Position numbers and translations under genes: made by a program
Notes under the pieces: generated by a model
What the model saw: only the letters and a program-made list of their open reading frames with translations
What the model was told of the DNA's origin: nothing
The model's database searches: none
Part shown: positions 47,098 through 60,764 of the stretch, one piece after another
Layout of the letters: every line of letters begins with the position of its first letter
Position numbering within the stretch: the first letter of the stretch is position 1
Origin: an uncultured delta proteobacterium
GTDB lineage: Bacteria > Myxococcota_A > Polyangia > Fen-1088
Direction of reading: 5' to 3'
NCBI GenBank assembly: GCA_963767925.1
Contig: CAVYGB010000010.1
Location: 96,001 to 160,000 of the forward strand
Length of the DNA stretch: 64,000 nt

Positions 47098-49454
47098 ATG
47101 TCGCCCTGGGCTTTCTCGAAAACCTCCGCCCCAATGATTGGCTGTCTCGCCGCCCTGCTGGGCGCGGCGGGATGTAGCGAGAAGTCTGCCCCGGCCAGCA
47201 CCGGCCCGGCCGTCACCAGCACGGCCACCACCAGCGCCCCGGTTGCGCCCGACGAGCAGCCCGAGGGCCGCCCGAGCGCCCGCAGCCGGCTCAAGGGCGT
47301 GCGGCCGCTCGTCGTCGAGGCCCGCCGGGCCGAGCTCGACGTGGGCGGCATGTTCATCGACTTCGGCACCGCCGATCAGCTCAAGTACACCGCGGGCGGC
47401 TGGGGCAACGGCTGGGGCGAGCGGCGCACCGAGGGCGACGGGGGGACGACCTACGCCGAGGCGCGGGGCCGGACCCTCCCGGTCCGCCTGTTCCTTTACA
47501 AGGAGAGCGGCTTGCCCCGCCAGGTCGCGGTCCGGCTGCGGACGCGCGGCCCACCCCGCCAGGTCTCGCTGCTGATCGACGGCCAGCCGGTGGGCGAGGC
47601 CCGGGTGGGGCCGGCCTGGAGCACGATGAGCGTGGCCCTCGGTGCCGAGTCGATCCGCCTCGGGCCGGTGGAGCTGGCCCTGGTCTTCGATTCGCCTCCC
47701 GGGCGGGGCGGCCTCGACGTCGACTGGATGTGGCTGGGTCGCTCCCCGGACGGGGTCTTCCCCGAGGCCGGTTCCCGGGTGGCGCCGATGACCTTCGGCG
47801 ATGGCACCCGGCGGGCCCTGCTGGCCCCCACCCCGCGAAGTTATGCCTTCTACCTCGAGGTGCCGCCCCGGGCCTCGCTGGTGTTCGACTACGGCGGCGC
47901 CGCCGGCACCCAGTTCCTGGTGCGCGCGCGCATGGACCGGGGGGCAGGCCCCCGCATCGTCTTCCAGGGGAAGGCCCAGCCGGGGCGCTGGCAGGAGGGG
48001 GTGGTCGACCTGGGGCCGCTGGCCGGTCGGGCCATCAAGCTCGAGCTCATCACCCAGGGCTCGATCTCGGCCGGCTGGGGCGATCCCGAGATCATGGTCC
48101 CGCGCGACCCCGCCCCCCGGACCCCGGCGCCGGTCGCCACCCAGCGCAAGCCGGCCCGCAACGTGATCCTGCTGGTCATCGACACCGTGCGGGCCGACGT
48201 GTTCAAGCCCTTCAACAGCAAGAGCGCCGTGCGCACCCCGAACTTCGAGCGGCTGGCCGAGGAGTCGACCGTCTTCACCAGCGCCTACGCCAACGAGAAC
48301 TGGACCAAGCCGTCGGTGGCGACCATCCTCTCCGGGCTCTATCCGACCACCCACGGCACCAAGGAAGACGGCGACGTGCTCAGCTCGGACGCCCCCCTGC
48401 TGTCCGAGCACCTCAAGCGCAAGTCGTTCGCCACCGCCGCCTTCATCGCCAACGGCTACGTCAGCGACAAGTTCGGGTTCAAGCGCGGCTGGGACGCCTA
48501 CACGAACTACATCCGCGAGAACCGCCCCTCCGAGGCCCAGTACGTCTTTTCCGACGCGCTGGCCTGGATCAACAAGCACACCGACGATCGCTTCTTCCTC
48601 TACCTGCAGACCATCGATCCCCACGTCCCCTACGACCCGCCCTCGGAGTACACCCGCATGTACCACCCCGGCGAATACCGGGGGCGCTTCGGCCGTTCTC
48701 TCGATGGCATCGAGCAGCTCGACATCGCCAGCAAGAAGAAGCCCATGGACCAGGCGGACTGGGAGTACATCCGGGCGCTGTACGACGCCGAGGTCACCTA
48801 CCACGACACCCACATGGGCAAGTTCCTCGACCAGATCGACCAGATGGGCCTGCTCGACGAGACCCTGTTCATCGTGACCAACGACCACGGCGAGGAGCTC
48901 CGGGATCACGGCAAGCTGGGTCACGGCCACTCGCTGTACGATGAGCTGGTGCGCGCGCCCATGTTGATCCGCTACCCCTCGCTGTTCCGGGGCGGCCAGC
49001 GCGTCAGCGAGCCGGTCGAGAACGTCGACCTGTTCCCCACCGTGCTGGAGGCCCTGGGCCTCGAGCCGGTGTCCGACGTGGACGGCGTGTCGCTGCTGCC
49101 CATGCTCGAGGGCAAGCCCCCCTCGGTCCCCAGCTACGCCATCAGCGAGTTTCGCGCGGCTTTCCGCAGCGTGCGGCTGGGCCGCTGGAAGATGATCGCC
49201 GGCCAGGACGGCAACCGCCGCCTGTTCGACATGGAGATCGACCCCGCCGAGCAGGTGGACCAGGCGCGGCGGGCGCCCATCGCCAGCCGGATGTGCGAGC
49301 AACATCTGGCCGAGTTTCTGGCCAGCCCGGCCAAGACCCTGCGGTTCCGGGAGGCAAACGTGCCGCAACGCCGCTTCAAGCCAGGCCTGGTGCAGCAGGA
49401 TCCCGAGCTGCGCAAGCAGCTAGAAGCGCTAGGCTACTTCGGGGGCATGAAAGA

Positions 49455-49458
<4 letters not shown>
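47098..49458 (+). CDS. Sulfatase-fold lipoprotein with non-canonical active site and N-terminal beta-sandwich domains
   Basis: Lipobox AAGC; NVILLVIDTVRAD, NWTKPSVATILSG in place of CxPxR, DPHVPY, NDHGE, GHG; C-terminal LEALGY. Start 47098 or 47134. Confidence 0.88.
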
Positions 49459-51598
<2,140 letters not shown>

Positions 51599-51602
<4 letters not shown>

Positions 51603-53578
51603 TCCGCCGCCCGCCCCCCGCGCGACATAACGACCGGAACACGCGCCGCCGAGGTTTCGGGCCGCTGCCCCTGTGCCTGGCCGGCCTGGCGCTCGCCGGC
51701 GCGCTGGCCTGCAACGAGCAGGGGGCGCGCAAGGAGGCGGGCATGATCGTGCTGGGCATCGACGGCATGGACCTGCTGCTCACCCGCACCTATCTGCAGG
51801 AGCGGCGCCTGCCCAACCTCTCGGAGATCGCCCGCGCCGGATCGTTCGTCGAGCTGGGGACCAGCAACCCGCCCCAGAGCCCGGTGGCCTGGTCCCACTT
51901 CATCACCGGCACCACCTCGGCCGCTCACGGCATCTACGACTTCGTCCACCGCGACCCCGCGCAGATGTCCCCCTACCTGTCCACCTCCCAGGTCGAGGAC
52001 TCGGACCTCACGTTGAGCGCCTTCGGCTGGCGCCTGCCCCTCGGATCGCCCGAGATGAAGCTGCTGCGCGAGGGGGCACCCTTCTGGTCGCAGCTCACGG
52101 CGGCGGGCATCCCCGCCACCATCATGAAGATCCCCGCCCACTTCCCCCCTACCGAGGCGCCCGGGTCCCGGACCCTCTCGGGCATGGGCACCCCCGATCT
52201 GCTCGGCACCTACGGGACGTTCCAGTTCCTCACCGACGACCCCGCCTTCCTCGCGCGCAAGCTGAGCGGGGGGATGGTGCACAAGCTGCAACGCCGGGGC
52301 GCGGTCCTGGTGGCCGACCTGCAGGGCCCCCCCAACCCGATGAAGGTCACGCAGCAGCCGATGACCCTCCTGGTGGAGATCGCCCCCAACGCCGCCCGCA
52401 CGGCCGCCCTGGTGCGGCTGGCGGGGACCGAGCGGCTGCTGCGGGCGGGCGAGTGGTCGGACTGGGTGCCCATCGCCTTCAGCCCGGGGTCCCTGGGCTC
52501 GGAGGTGCCGGGCATGGTGCGGCTCTACCTCAAGTCGTTGACCCCCCAGACGCGCCTCTACGTCAGCCCGATCAACATCGACCCACGCAACCCGGCGATG
52601 ACCATCTCCTCGCCCTCCGAGTGGGTGCAGGAGCTGGGCGAGCAGGTGGGGCGCTTTTACACCCAGGGCATGCCCGAGGACACCAAGGCGCTCGAGAACG
52701 GGGTGCTGACTGACGACGAGTTCCTCACCCAGGCCGACCTCATCTTCGACGAGGAGCGCGCCATCCTGGCCAGGGAGCTGCAGGAGTTCAAGGGCGGGCT
52801 GCTGTTCCACTACTTCTCGGTGGTGGACCAGGTGAGCCACATGTTCTTCCAGTCCGCCCTGCCCAACCCCCCGCCCCGGCTGGCCCGCTACACGAAGGTG
52901 CTCCCGCGCATTTACGCCCAGATCGACGAGGTGGTCGGGAAGGTGCGGGCGGCAGTGGGCAAAGACACCGTGATCGTGGTGATGTCCGATCATGGCTTCT
53001 CCCCCTACAAGTGGAAGGTCAACCTGAACACCTGGCTGCAACGCCAGGGCTACCTGACCCTGCGGGAGAAGCCGGGCCCGGGGGCCCTGGGCCACATCGA
53101 TTGGAGCCGGACCCAGGCCTATGCCCTGGGCCTCAACCAGCTCTTCGTCAACCTGCGCGGGCGGGAGGCCGACGGCATCGTCTCGCTCGACGACCGGGGC
53201 GCCCTGCTCGACCGGCTGGCCCGCGACCTCGAGTCCTGGATCGACGACGTCTCGGGCGGGCGGGTCATCTCGGCGACCTTCCGCCCTTCCAGCAGCCGGC
53301 ACCCCGAGCGGGCCCCCGACATGTTGATCGGCTTCGCCAGGGGCTACCGCAGCTCGGACGCCTCCGCCACCGGGCTGCCGGAGCCGGACATGGTGTTCGC
53401 CAACAAGGACAAGTGGAGTGGCGACCACTGCATGGACCCCACCCTGGTGCCGGGGGTGCTGTTCTCCAGCCGCAAGCTCCGCGAGCGCCGGGCGTTTCTG
53501 GTCGACCTGGCCCCCACGATCCTGTCGTATTTCGGTCTGGCTCCGGCCAGTGGTACCGAAGGCAAGGCTCTGTTCTAG
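51599..53578 (+). CDS. Alkaline phosphatase superfamily (NPP-like) lipoprotein, paralog of the preceding gene
   Basis: Lipobox ALAC; VLGIDGMD, SPVAWSHFITG, HGIYDF, LYVSPINIDP, DQVSH, SDHGF, WSGDHC. Confidence 0.9.
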
Positions 53579-53606
53579 ACTGGGGACCGATCATGGGAGA
53601 CCGTTC

Positions 53607-53915
53607 ATGAGCAAGATCAAGATCCCGAAGTCGTACAAGCAGCGACTGACCGAGGTCGGCCGCAAGTTCAAGTTTCCCTCCGACGAGGCCTTCGCGATGC
53701 ACCTCATCGACCGGGGCCTGCGCCAGTTCCAGCTCCCGCAGCTCTCGGCGCCGGTCGAAACGAAGATCGCCCAGGTGGTCGAGGACCACGGCTACTCCTC
53801 GGCCGACGAGGTGATCGAGCACCTCCTGGAGCGCGGCCTGCGGGCTTACGAAGAGCCGGAGAACGATCCAAAGAAGCTCGAGGCGCGGCTGAGAGGGCTC
53901 GGATACATCGACTGA
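53607..53915 (+). CDS. Small protein with a duplicated ribbon-helix-helix-like unit and C-terminal RLRGLGYID
   Basis: 102 aa; GGGAG RBS; internal repeat HLIDRGLRQF / HLLERGLRAY. Confidence 0.8.
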   Translation: MSKIKIPKSYKQRLTEVGRKFKFPSDEAFAMHLIDRGLRQFQLPQLSAPVETKIAQVVEDHGYSSADEVIEHLLERGLRAYEEPENDPKKLEARLRGLGYID

Positions 53916-53919
53916 TCCG

Positions 53920-54741
53920 ATGGACGAGCTCGCGTCCATGTCCCGGCAGGTGGCCGAAGCGCTCCTCTGGCCATTCGACATCCTGCCGCGCCGGCTCGGG
54001 CTCCTCGTCTTTTCCGTCGTGAGCGGCCTGCTGATGTTGCTGGTGGTCGGCAAGGCCACCCCCCAGGCTCGCCTCAAACACGCGCGCGAGCAGATGTCCT
54101 CGGCCATCTACGAGCTGCGGATCTTCCTCGACAACCCGCGGCGGATCTTCGTGGCCCAGGGGCGGCTCGTCCTGTGGAGCCTGAACTACCTGGCTTACCT
54201 GCTGCCCGCCTTCGCCCTGCTCCTGCCGGTGCTGGCCCTGCTGTTCGCCCCCCTGGAGATCCGCTACGGGCTGACGCCGCTGTCCCCGGGGACCGACGCC
54301 CTCGTCCGCGTCGACCTGCGGGCCCCTCTGGCCGCCGCCGAGCAGGCCACCGTGGAGGGGGGCACCGCCGTCCGGCTGGTCGCCCCTCCCGTGCTGGTGG
54401 CCGACGAGCGGGTGCTCTACCTGCGCCTCGGCATCCTCGAAAAGGGGCTGCACCGGGTGCGCATCAGCGCCCCCGGCTGGCAGGTGGAGAAGATCCTGTC
54501 GGCCGAGGGCGGCGGCGACCGGCCGGTCAGCGCCGAGCGGCGGGCCGGGCTGGGCCAGCTCTTCGCCCTCGGCAACGAGCCCCCCCTCCCCTCGGATGGC
54601 CCGGTGGCGGCGGTGGTTGTCACCCACCTGGAGCGCGAGCAGAGCTGGGCCGGGATCGAGATGCCCTGGTGGATCTTCTGGCTGCTGGTGGCGACGGTGG
54701 TGGCGCTGGCCTTCAAGAAACGCTTTGGAGTGACACTGTGA
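53920..54741 (+). CDS. Three-TM membrane protein, DUF106/EMC3/TMCO1-like architecture
   Basis: TM1, charged helical hairpin, TM2, extracytoplasmic beta domain, TM3 ending WWIFWLL...FKKRFGV. Confidence 0.7.
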   Translation: MDELASMSRQVAEALLWPFDILPRRLGLLVFSVVSGLLMLLVVGKATPQARLKHAREQMSSAIYELRIFLDNPRRIFVAQGRLVLWSLNYLAYLLPAFALLLPVLALLFAPLEIRYGLTPLSPGTDALVRVDLRAPLAAAEQATVEGGTAVRLVAPPVLVADERVLYLRLGILEKGLHRVRISAPGWQVEKILSAEGGGDRPVSAERRAGLGQLFALGNEPPLPSDGPVAAVVVTHLEREQSWAGIEMPWWIFWLLVATVVALAFKKRFGVTL

Positions 54742-55313
54742 CGACCAGATCGGAGACGATAACCGTCGTGTCGGGGCTGCCCCGCTCGGGCACCTCGATG
54801 ATGATGCGGGCGATGCAGGCCGGCGGCCTGCCCGTGCTGGCCGATGGCCTGCGCGAGGCCGACGAGGACAACCCCCACGGCTACTTCGAGCTCGAGCTGG
54901 TCAAGAAGACGCTGCACGACGGCACCTGGATCGCCGGAGCCCGGGGCAAGGTGGTCAAGGTGATCGCCCGGCTGCTCGTCGATCTGCCGGCCGGCGAGCG
55001 CTACAAGATCGTGTTCATGCGGCGGGACCTCGACGAGGTGCTGCGCTCGCAACGCAAGATGCTCGAGCGGCGGGGCGAGCCGCCCGGCCCCCCCGACGAG
55101 GAGATGCGCAGCTTGCTGCTGGGCCATATCTTCGAGACCGAAGATTGGCTGCGGGCCCGGCCCGAGATGGAGACCCTCTACGTCTCCTACAACCGCATGG
55201 TTGTCGAGCCCCGCCCCCAGGCCGAACGCATCAACCGGTTCTTTGGCGGGACCCTCGACGTCGACGAGATGGTCGCCGCCGTCGACGCCAGCCTCTACCG
55301 CCAGCGCAAGTGA
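54738..55313 (+). CDS. PAPS-dependent sulfotransferase-family protein
   Basis: [14 protein letters not shown] (5'-PSB loop), [20 protein letters not shown] (3'-PB R...S), LYRQR. GTGA overlap with the upstream gene. Confidence 0.88.
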   Translation: MTTRSETITVVSGLPRSGTSMMMRAMQAGGLPVLADGLREADEDNPHGYFELELVKKTLHDGTWIAGARGKVVKVIARLLVDLPAGERYKIVFMRRDLDEVLRSQRKMLERRGEPPGPPDEEMRSLLLGHIFETEDWLRARPEMETLYVSYNRMVVEPRPQAERINRFFGGTLDVDEMVAAVDASLYRQRK

Positions 55314-55364
55314 GCGCCTGGGTCGACGGACGGGCCCGCCTCGACACGCCCGGGAGTGAGGGGG

Positions 55365-56084
55365 TCAGTTGGGCGGCTGCACCAGGGCGGGTCCGCCGGG
55401 TGAGCGGGCGCGCTGCTGGTTGTTGTTTCGCTCGAGGCGGCGCTGCATCCGCTCGGCCTGGCGGACGTCCCGGAGCTGCTTCATGCGGGCCTCGCCCAGC
55501 ATGCTGCGCACGGCGGTCTCGGTCTTGTCCTCCAGCTCGTCGATCTCGTCGTCCGCCTGGGAGGCGCTCTTGATCCCCGAGCGCATCTCCTCGATCACCC
55601 GCGAACGGGCGGAGTTCAGGGAGGTGTACATGTTCTGGATGGCCCCCTGCTCGGTCGAGGAGAGCGAGAGCGCGCGGGTCAGCCGCTCCTGCTGGCGCTG
55701 GTCGCGCTCGATGTCTTCCTTGGCTTTCTCCGCCAGCTTGGTCTGGCGATCCATCTCCTGCAGCTTGGTCATGGCGCCCTTGAGGTGGGAGAGCCCCTCC
55801 GAAGTCTCGAGGGCCTGACCGAGCGCGGCGGTGGGCGGCGCCCCCTCGGTCGGCTCCGCTGGCGCGGGCGCCTTGGGATCGGGGCGCGGCACCGTCAGGC
55901 GCGGCACCGGCGCCGCGGCAACGAACGGCCGGCTGCCCGGGCTGGCGAGAGAATCGGCGACCGGTTGCGCGCTCAGCTTCTCGGTCAGCGCCGCGACCTG
56001 GCCCGACAGGCGGATCAGGAAGGCGCCTTCCACGATGGCGGCAATGGTCAGGACGAATACGGCAATGATTCCGACCAGACGCAT
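55365..56084 (-). CDS. Hypothetical membrane-anchored helical protein
   Basis: N-terminal TM helix, Pro-rich linker, coiled-coil-like C-terminus. Confidence 0.7.
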   Translation of the reverse strand: MRLVGIIAVFVLTIAAIVEGAFLIRLSGQVAALTEKLSAQPVADSLASPGSRPFVAAAPVPRLTVPRPDPKAPAPAEPTEGAPPTAALGQALETSEGLSHLKGAMTKLQEMDRQTKLAEKAKEDIERDQRQQERLTRALSLSSTEQGAIQNMYTSLNSARSRVIEEMRSGIKSASQADDEIDELEDKTETAVRSMLGEARMKQLRDVRQAERMQRRLERNNNQQRARSPGGPALVQPPN

Positions 56085-56248
56085 GGGTTCTGTTTAGGAT
56101 ACCCGGTGGCGGGAGGAAACGTTGATCGAACGGGGGGCTGTAATTAGCTGAAAAGGCGCGGGTTTCTCGCTGTGCGCTGCGGAAGAGCGGGCGTGTGCGG
56201 GGGCACGGGACGGGGACGGGGCGGGGAGAGTGGCTTGGAGAGGGAGGG

Positions 56249-57220
56249 TCAGTCGGGGAGGAGGGACCAGTCGATGGCGGCGGCCAGGAGGCGGATGCCG
56301 TCGTCGGAGAGGCGGGCGGCGGCGGTCTCTACGGCGAAGAAGCCGACTCGTTTGGCGGGGGCGAGGAGGGCGGTCATCTGGGCCCCTTTCGGGTAGGCGA
56401 AGATGGCGGCGCGGTCGGGCTCGCCGGCGACGTTGGCGATGCGGATGGCGGTGGCAGCGGGATTTCCCCAGGCCAGGTTCGACTCTGCCGTGACAACCGA
56501 CACGAGGCCGGTGAGACCGGCGGCCAGCGGGTGGGTGCTGTCGACGATCTCGATCTGCTCGGCGTCGCCGCCGCCGTAGTCGGTGTCTTCCTCGCCGCCG
56601 ACCATGGCCAGGTTGTCGAACAGGCTGTATTCGAGGCTGATCACCGGCACCGGGACGGTGCGGTACTTGTTGGCCACCATGCCCGACGCGACGGATCCGG
56701 CGATCACGATGAGGTGCGTGTTTACCAGATCGACCGCGCCGCTGTCGTCGCGCAGCCGAATGGAGTAGCCGAGCAGGTGGGTGGCCAGCAGGGTCCGCAC
56801 GGCGGTGTCGCCGGGGCCGAGCGCGCCGGTGTCACCGACGACGAGCTGGACCACCTTGGGCAAGGCCGCCTCGGGCGCGGTGTCCCCGACCTCGGGCGCG
56901 AGATCGGCCGGGGGCGCCAGGTCCGCGGCCGCATCGGGTGGCGCGGGCGCATCGGCCGGGTTGGCGTCGGCGGGGCGATCGACGAGGCGGTCGACCGGAG
57001 CGTCGATCGAGCCGCCAGCCCCGCCTCCTCCCGCATCGGGCGCCGGCCGGCCGGCGGTACCCACCGTACCTGCACCATCGTTACCGCCGTCGGGCCGGTC
57101 CACCCCCCGGGTGTCGCCACCCAGGGTCAGCGAACCATCGACGTCGACCCGATCGACCGGCTGCGGGGCGCAGGAGCACGCGACCAGCACGGCGACGGTG
57201 AGACCGCGTATCGTGGACAT
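56249..57220 (-). CDS. Hypothetical lipoprotein with Asp/Ala/Pro-rich linker and C-terminal alpha/beta domain
   Basis: LVACSC lipobox-like; DA/AD-rich linker; globular C-terminal domain ending LLAAAIDW. Confidence 0.7.
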   Translation of the reverse strand: MSTIRGLTVAVLVACSCAPQPVDRVDVDGSLTLGGDTRGVDRPDGGNDGAGTVGTAGRPAPDAGGGGAGGSIDAPVDRLVDRPADANPADAPAPPDAAADLAPPADLAPEVGDTAPEAALPKVVQLVVGDTGALGPGDTAVRTLLATHLLGYSIRLRDDSGAVDLVNTHLIVIAGSVASGMVANKYRTVPVPVISLEYSLFDNLAMVGGEEDTDYGGGDAEQIEIVDSTHPLAAGLTGLVSVVTAESNLAWGNPAATAIRIANVAGEPDRAAIFAYPKGAQMTALLAPAKRVGFFAVETAAARLSDDGIRLLAAAIDWSLLPD

Positions 57221-57574
57221 GAGGGACCTCGTGGACTGCCCGGGAGCGGCGACAGGTATGCCTTGAAGCTACATCCAGTCGGCGCTGACCGGATCAAGAA
57301 ATCGTTTGCAAGCGGTGCTGACGCGAATCGGAATGCCAGATGTTCACAGATCGGCATGCTGAACCGTCCTTCGCGACAGAAGTGGCCCGGACAGGTCGCT
57401 TTGGCTGACTGGAAGGAACGTTTTTCCACAATTAACGAGATGGCCTCCGGCCGGAATAGCGGGCGACCCCGGCCGAGCACGGGACTTGCGTCGGGCCAGA
57501 CCGGTGACCCGATCGGACAACACAGGGAATAAACCGCTCGGTCGGCCATTTATCTCGACGCAGGAGGTGATGCC

Positions 57575-58287
<713 letters not shown>

Positions 58288-58291
<4 letters not shown>

Positions 58292-59514
58292 GGGCGGCGG
58301 GGCTGGCGCTGCTGGCGCTCCTGCTGGCCGGCTGCGGCCGCGCGCCCCCCGGGGAGCTGGCGGCGCCGGCCGGCCCGGCCCCGGACGCGCTGCGGGTGGT
58401 GCGGGGCACCCTCGAGGACCGCTTCCTGCTGACCGGGGAGCTCGAGGCGGTGACCTCGCAGAACCTCACCGTCCCCCAGACCCCCGCCTGGTCGGTCTCG
58501 ATCCGCTGGCTGGCGCCCGACGGCGCCCAGGTCGAGAAGGGGGACAGGGTCGTGGAGTTCGACGCCTCCAGCTTCACCTCGGCTCTCGACGACAAGCGGC
58601 TGGCGGTGGTGCGGGCGGAGGGCGAGCTGACCAGCGAAGCGGCCCGGGTGAAGGCGGCGGTCGCCGACAAGGAGATGGAGGTCTCCCGGCGGCGAGCCGA
58701 TCTCGACAAGGCCGAGGTCGAGGTGAACGTCCCGCCCGATCTCTACTCCCGGCGCCTGTTTCAGGAGAAGCAGCTCGCCGTCGACCGGCAGCGGGACGCG
58801 CTCGCCAAGGCCGAGGAGGACCTGGCCGCCCACCGCCGGGCCGGAACGCTCGAGCGCAAGGTCAAGTCCCTCACCGTGACCCGGGCCGAGCGGGAGCTGA
58901 CCGAGCTGCGCCAGCGGCTCGAGGACCTGGTGCTGCGCGCCCCCCGCGCCGGCCTGGTGCAGATCGGGCTCAACCCGCGGGAGGGGCGCAAGTTCCTGGT
59001 GGGCGACCAGTCCCACCCAGGCTGGCCAGTGGCGTCGATGCCCGATCTGTCGGCCATGCAGGTGCGAGCGCGCCTGCACGACGTCGACGACGGGACCATC
59101 CGGGAAGGGATGCCGGCCGAATGCGTGCTCGACGCCTACCCCGGGCGGATCTGGAAGGGGACGCTGCGGATCGTGAGCCCCATCGCCCGGACCGACGGGA
59201 CCCGGGACGGCACCCGGCGCTTCTTCGACGTGCTGGTGGCGCTCGAGCGGACCGACGCGGCCGTCATGCGGCCGGGCATGTCGGTGCGGATCGAGGTGAT
59301 GCGCCGCCGGGCCCGGGACGTCCTGCTGGTACCCCGGGTCGCCCTGCGGGCCAGCGGCGGCAAGACCCACGTCCGCCTGGGCGCGGGCGGCCAGGGGGAC
59401 GTCCAGGCCGTCGAGATCGACTGGTGCACGGCCACCACCTGCGTGGTCCGGACCGGCGTCCGCGAAGGGATGACCCTCCAGCCCGGCGTCCCCGCCGCGA
59501 AGGAGCGCTCGTGA
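58288..59514 (+). CDS. Periplasmic adaptor (membrane fusion) subunit 1
   Basis: Lipobox LAGC; DG.QVEKGD lipoyl half, long coiled coil, LRAP..G, MRPGMS. Confidence 0.9.
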
Positions 59515-60764
59515 GGCGCGGGCGGGGCCTGGCGCGGCTCGGGGTGGGCGTGCTTTTCCTCCTGGCCCTGGCCTGCGCGCGGGGCAACCTCGATCGGCAG
59601 CGGTCGGCGCCGGCGGTGCGCCAGGACCTGGTCCAGGACGTCGAGGTGACCGGGACCCTGAAGTCTCTCGAGTCCGAGGCGGTCGGACCACCGCCCACGG
59701 TGACCGAGCTCTGGGAGTTCAAGATCGTCCGCATGGCGCCCGAAGGCGCCCGGGTCAAGACCGGCGACGAGGTGATCGCCTTCGAGACGTCGGAGCTGGA
59801 GCGCAAGCTGCACGACTACGAGAACGAGGTCGCCTCGGTGACCGAGCAGCTCGGCAAGAGCCGCTCGGAGGGCGCCCTGGCCGGGGCCAACGACCAGCTC
59901 GAGCTGGCCGACGCGGAGGCCAAGCGGCGCAAGGCCGAGCTCAAGGCCGACAAGCCGGCCGACCTGACCGCCGAGCTGTCGGTCAAGGTGTCGGCCATCG
60001 AGCGGGAGATGGCCCGCCGCGAGGTCGAGTTCCGGCGCGCCCGCGACGCCGCCCGGCGGACGCAGGAGCGCTCGGATCAGGCGGTGCTGGCCAGCTTGCT
60101 CGAGCGGGCCCGGGGCCGGGTGGCGAGCATCCGCCGCTTCATCGCGGACATGTCGGTCAAGTCCGCCCGGGACGGGACGGTGGTCTACAAGCAGAACTGG
60201 CGGGGCGAGAAGATGAAGCCGGGGGACGGCACCTGGCGGGGCGAGACCGTGCTGGAGATCGCCTCGCTCGACAAGATGGCGGCCCAGGGGCTCGTCGACG
60301 AGGTCGACGCCAGCAAGGTCAGCGTGGGCCAGCGGGTCGGGCTGCGCCTGGAGTCCCACCCCGACCAGGAATATGCCGGCTTCGTCGAGCGGGTGGCCCC
60401 CCTGGTGCGGACCGAGTCGCACGAGTCGCGGGTCAAGGTGGTGGAGCTGGAGCTGCGCCTCGCCAGCACCGACGCCGTCCTCATGCGGCCGGGGATGCGC
60501 TTTCGCGGGCGCATCGAGATCGCCCGCATCCCCGGCGTCTTGCAGGTCCCGCTGCAGGCGGTGGTCAGCAGCGCGGGCGGGCCCACCGTGCGCAAGGTCG
60601 ACGGCCGCTCGGCCCGGCCGGTGCGGGTCACCCTGGGCCGGCGCAGCCGGGAGATGGTGGAGATCAAGGGCGGGCTGCAGGCCGGCGACAAGGTCCTGCT
60701 GCGCAGCCCCCCGGGGGACAACCTCGGCAAGGACGGCAGCGGCATGCGCCTGGGGGCGTCGTGA
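59511..60764 (+). CDS. Periplasmic adaptor (membrane fusion) subunit 2
   Basis: Lipobox [13 protein letters not shown], coiled coil, [23 protein letters not shown]. Confidence 0.9.
   Translation: MRRGRGLARLGVGVLFLLALACARGNLDRQRSAPAVRQDLVQDVEVTGTLKSLESEAVGPPPTVTELWEFKIVRMAPEGARVKTGDEVIAFETSELERKLHDYENEVASVTEQLGKSRSEGALAGANDQLELADAEAKRRKAELKADKPADLTAELSVKVSAIEREMARREVEFRRARDAARRTQERSDQAVLASLLERARGRVASIRRFIADMSVKSARDGTVVYKQNWRGEKMKPGDGTWRGETVLEIASLDKMAAQGLVDEVDASKVSVGQRVGLRLESHPDQEYAGFVERVAPLVRTESHESRVKVVELELRLASTDAVLMRPGMRFRGRIEIARIPGVLQVPLQAVVSSAGGPTVRKVDGRSARPVRVTLGRRSREMVEIKGGLQAGDKVLLRSPPGDNLGKDGSGMRLGAS

Noticed and set aside
57400..57475. c-di-GMP-I (GEMM) riboswitch upstream of the exporter
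   Set aside because: GCCTCCGGCC and TAGCGGG resemble part of the motif, but the GCAAA/GAAA tetraloop-receptor arm is missing. An Infernal scan would settle it.
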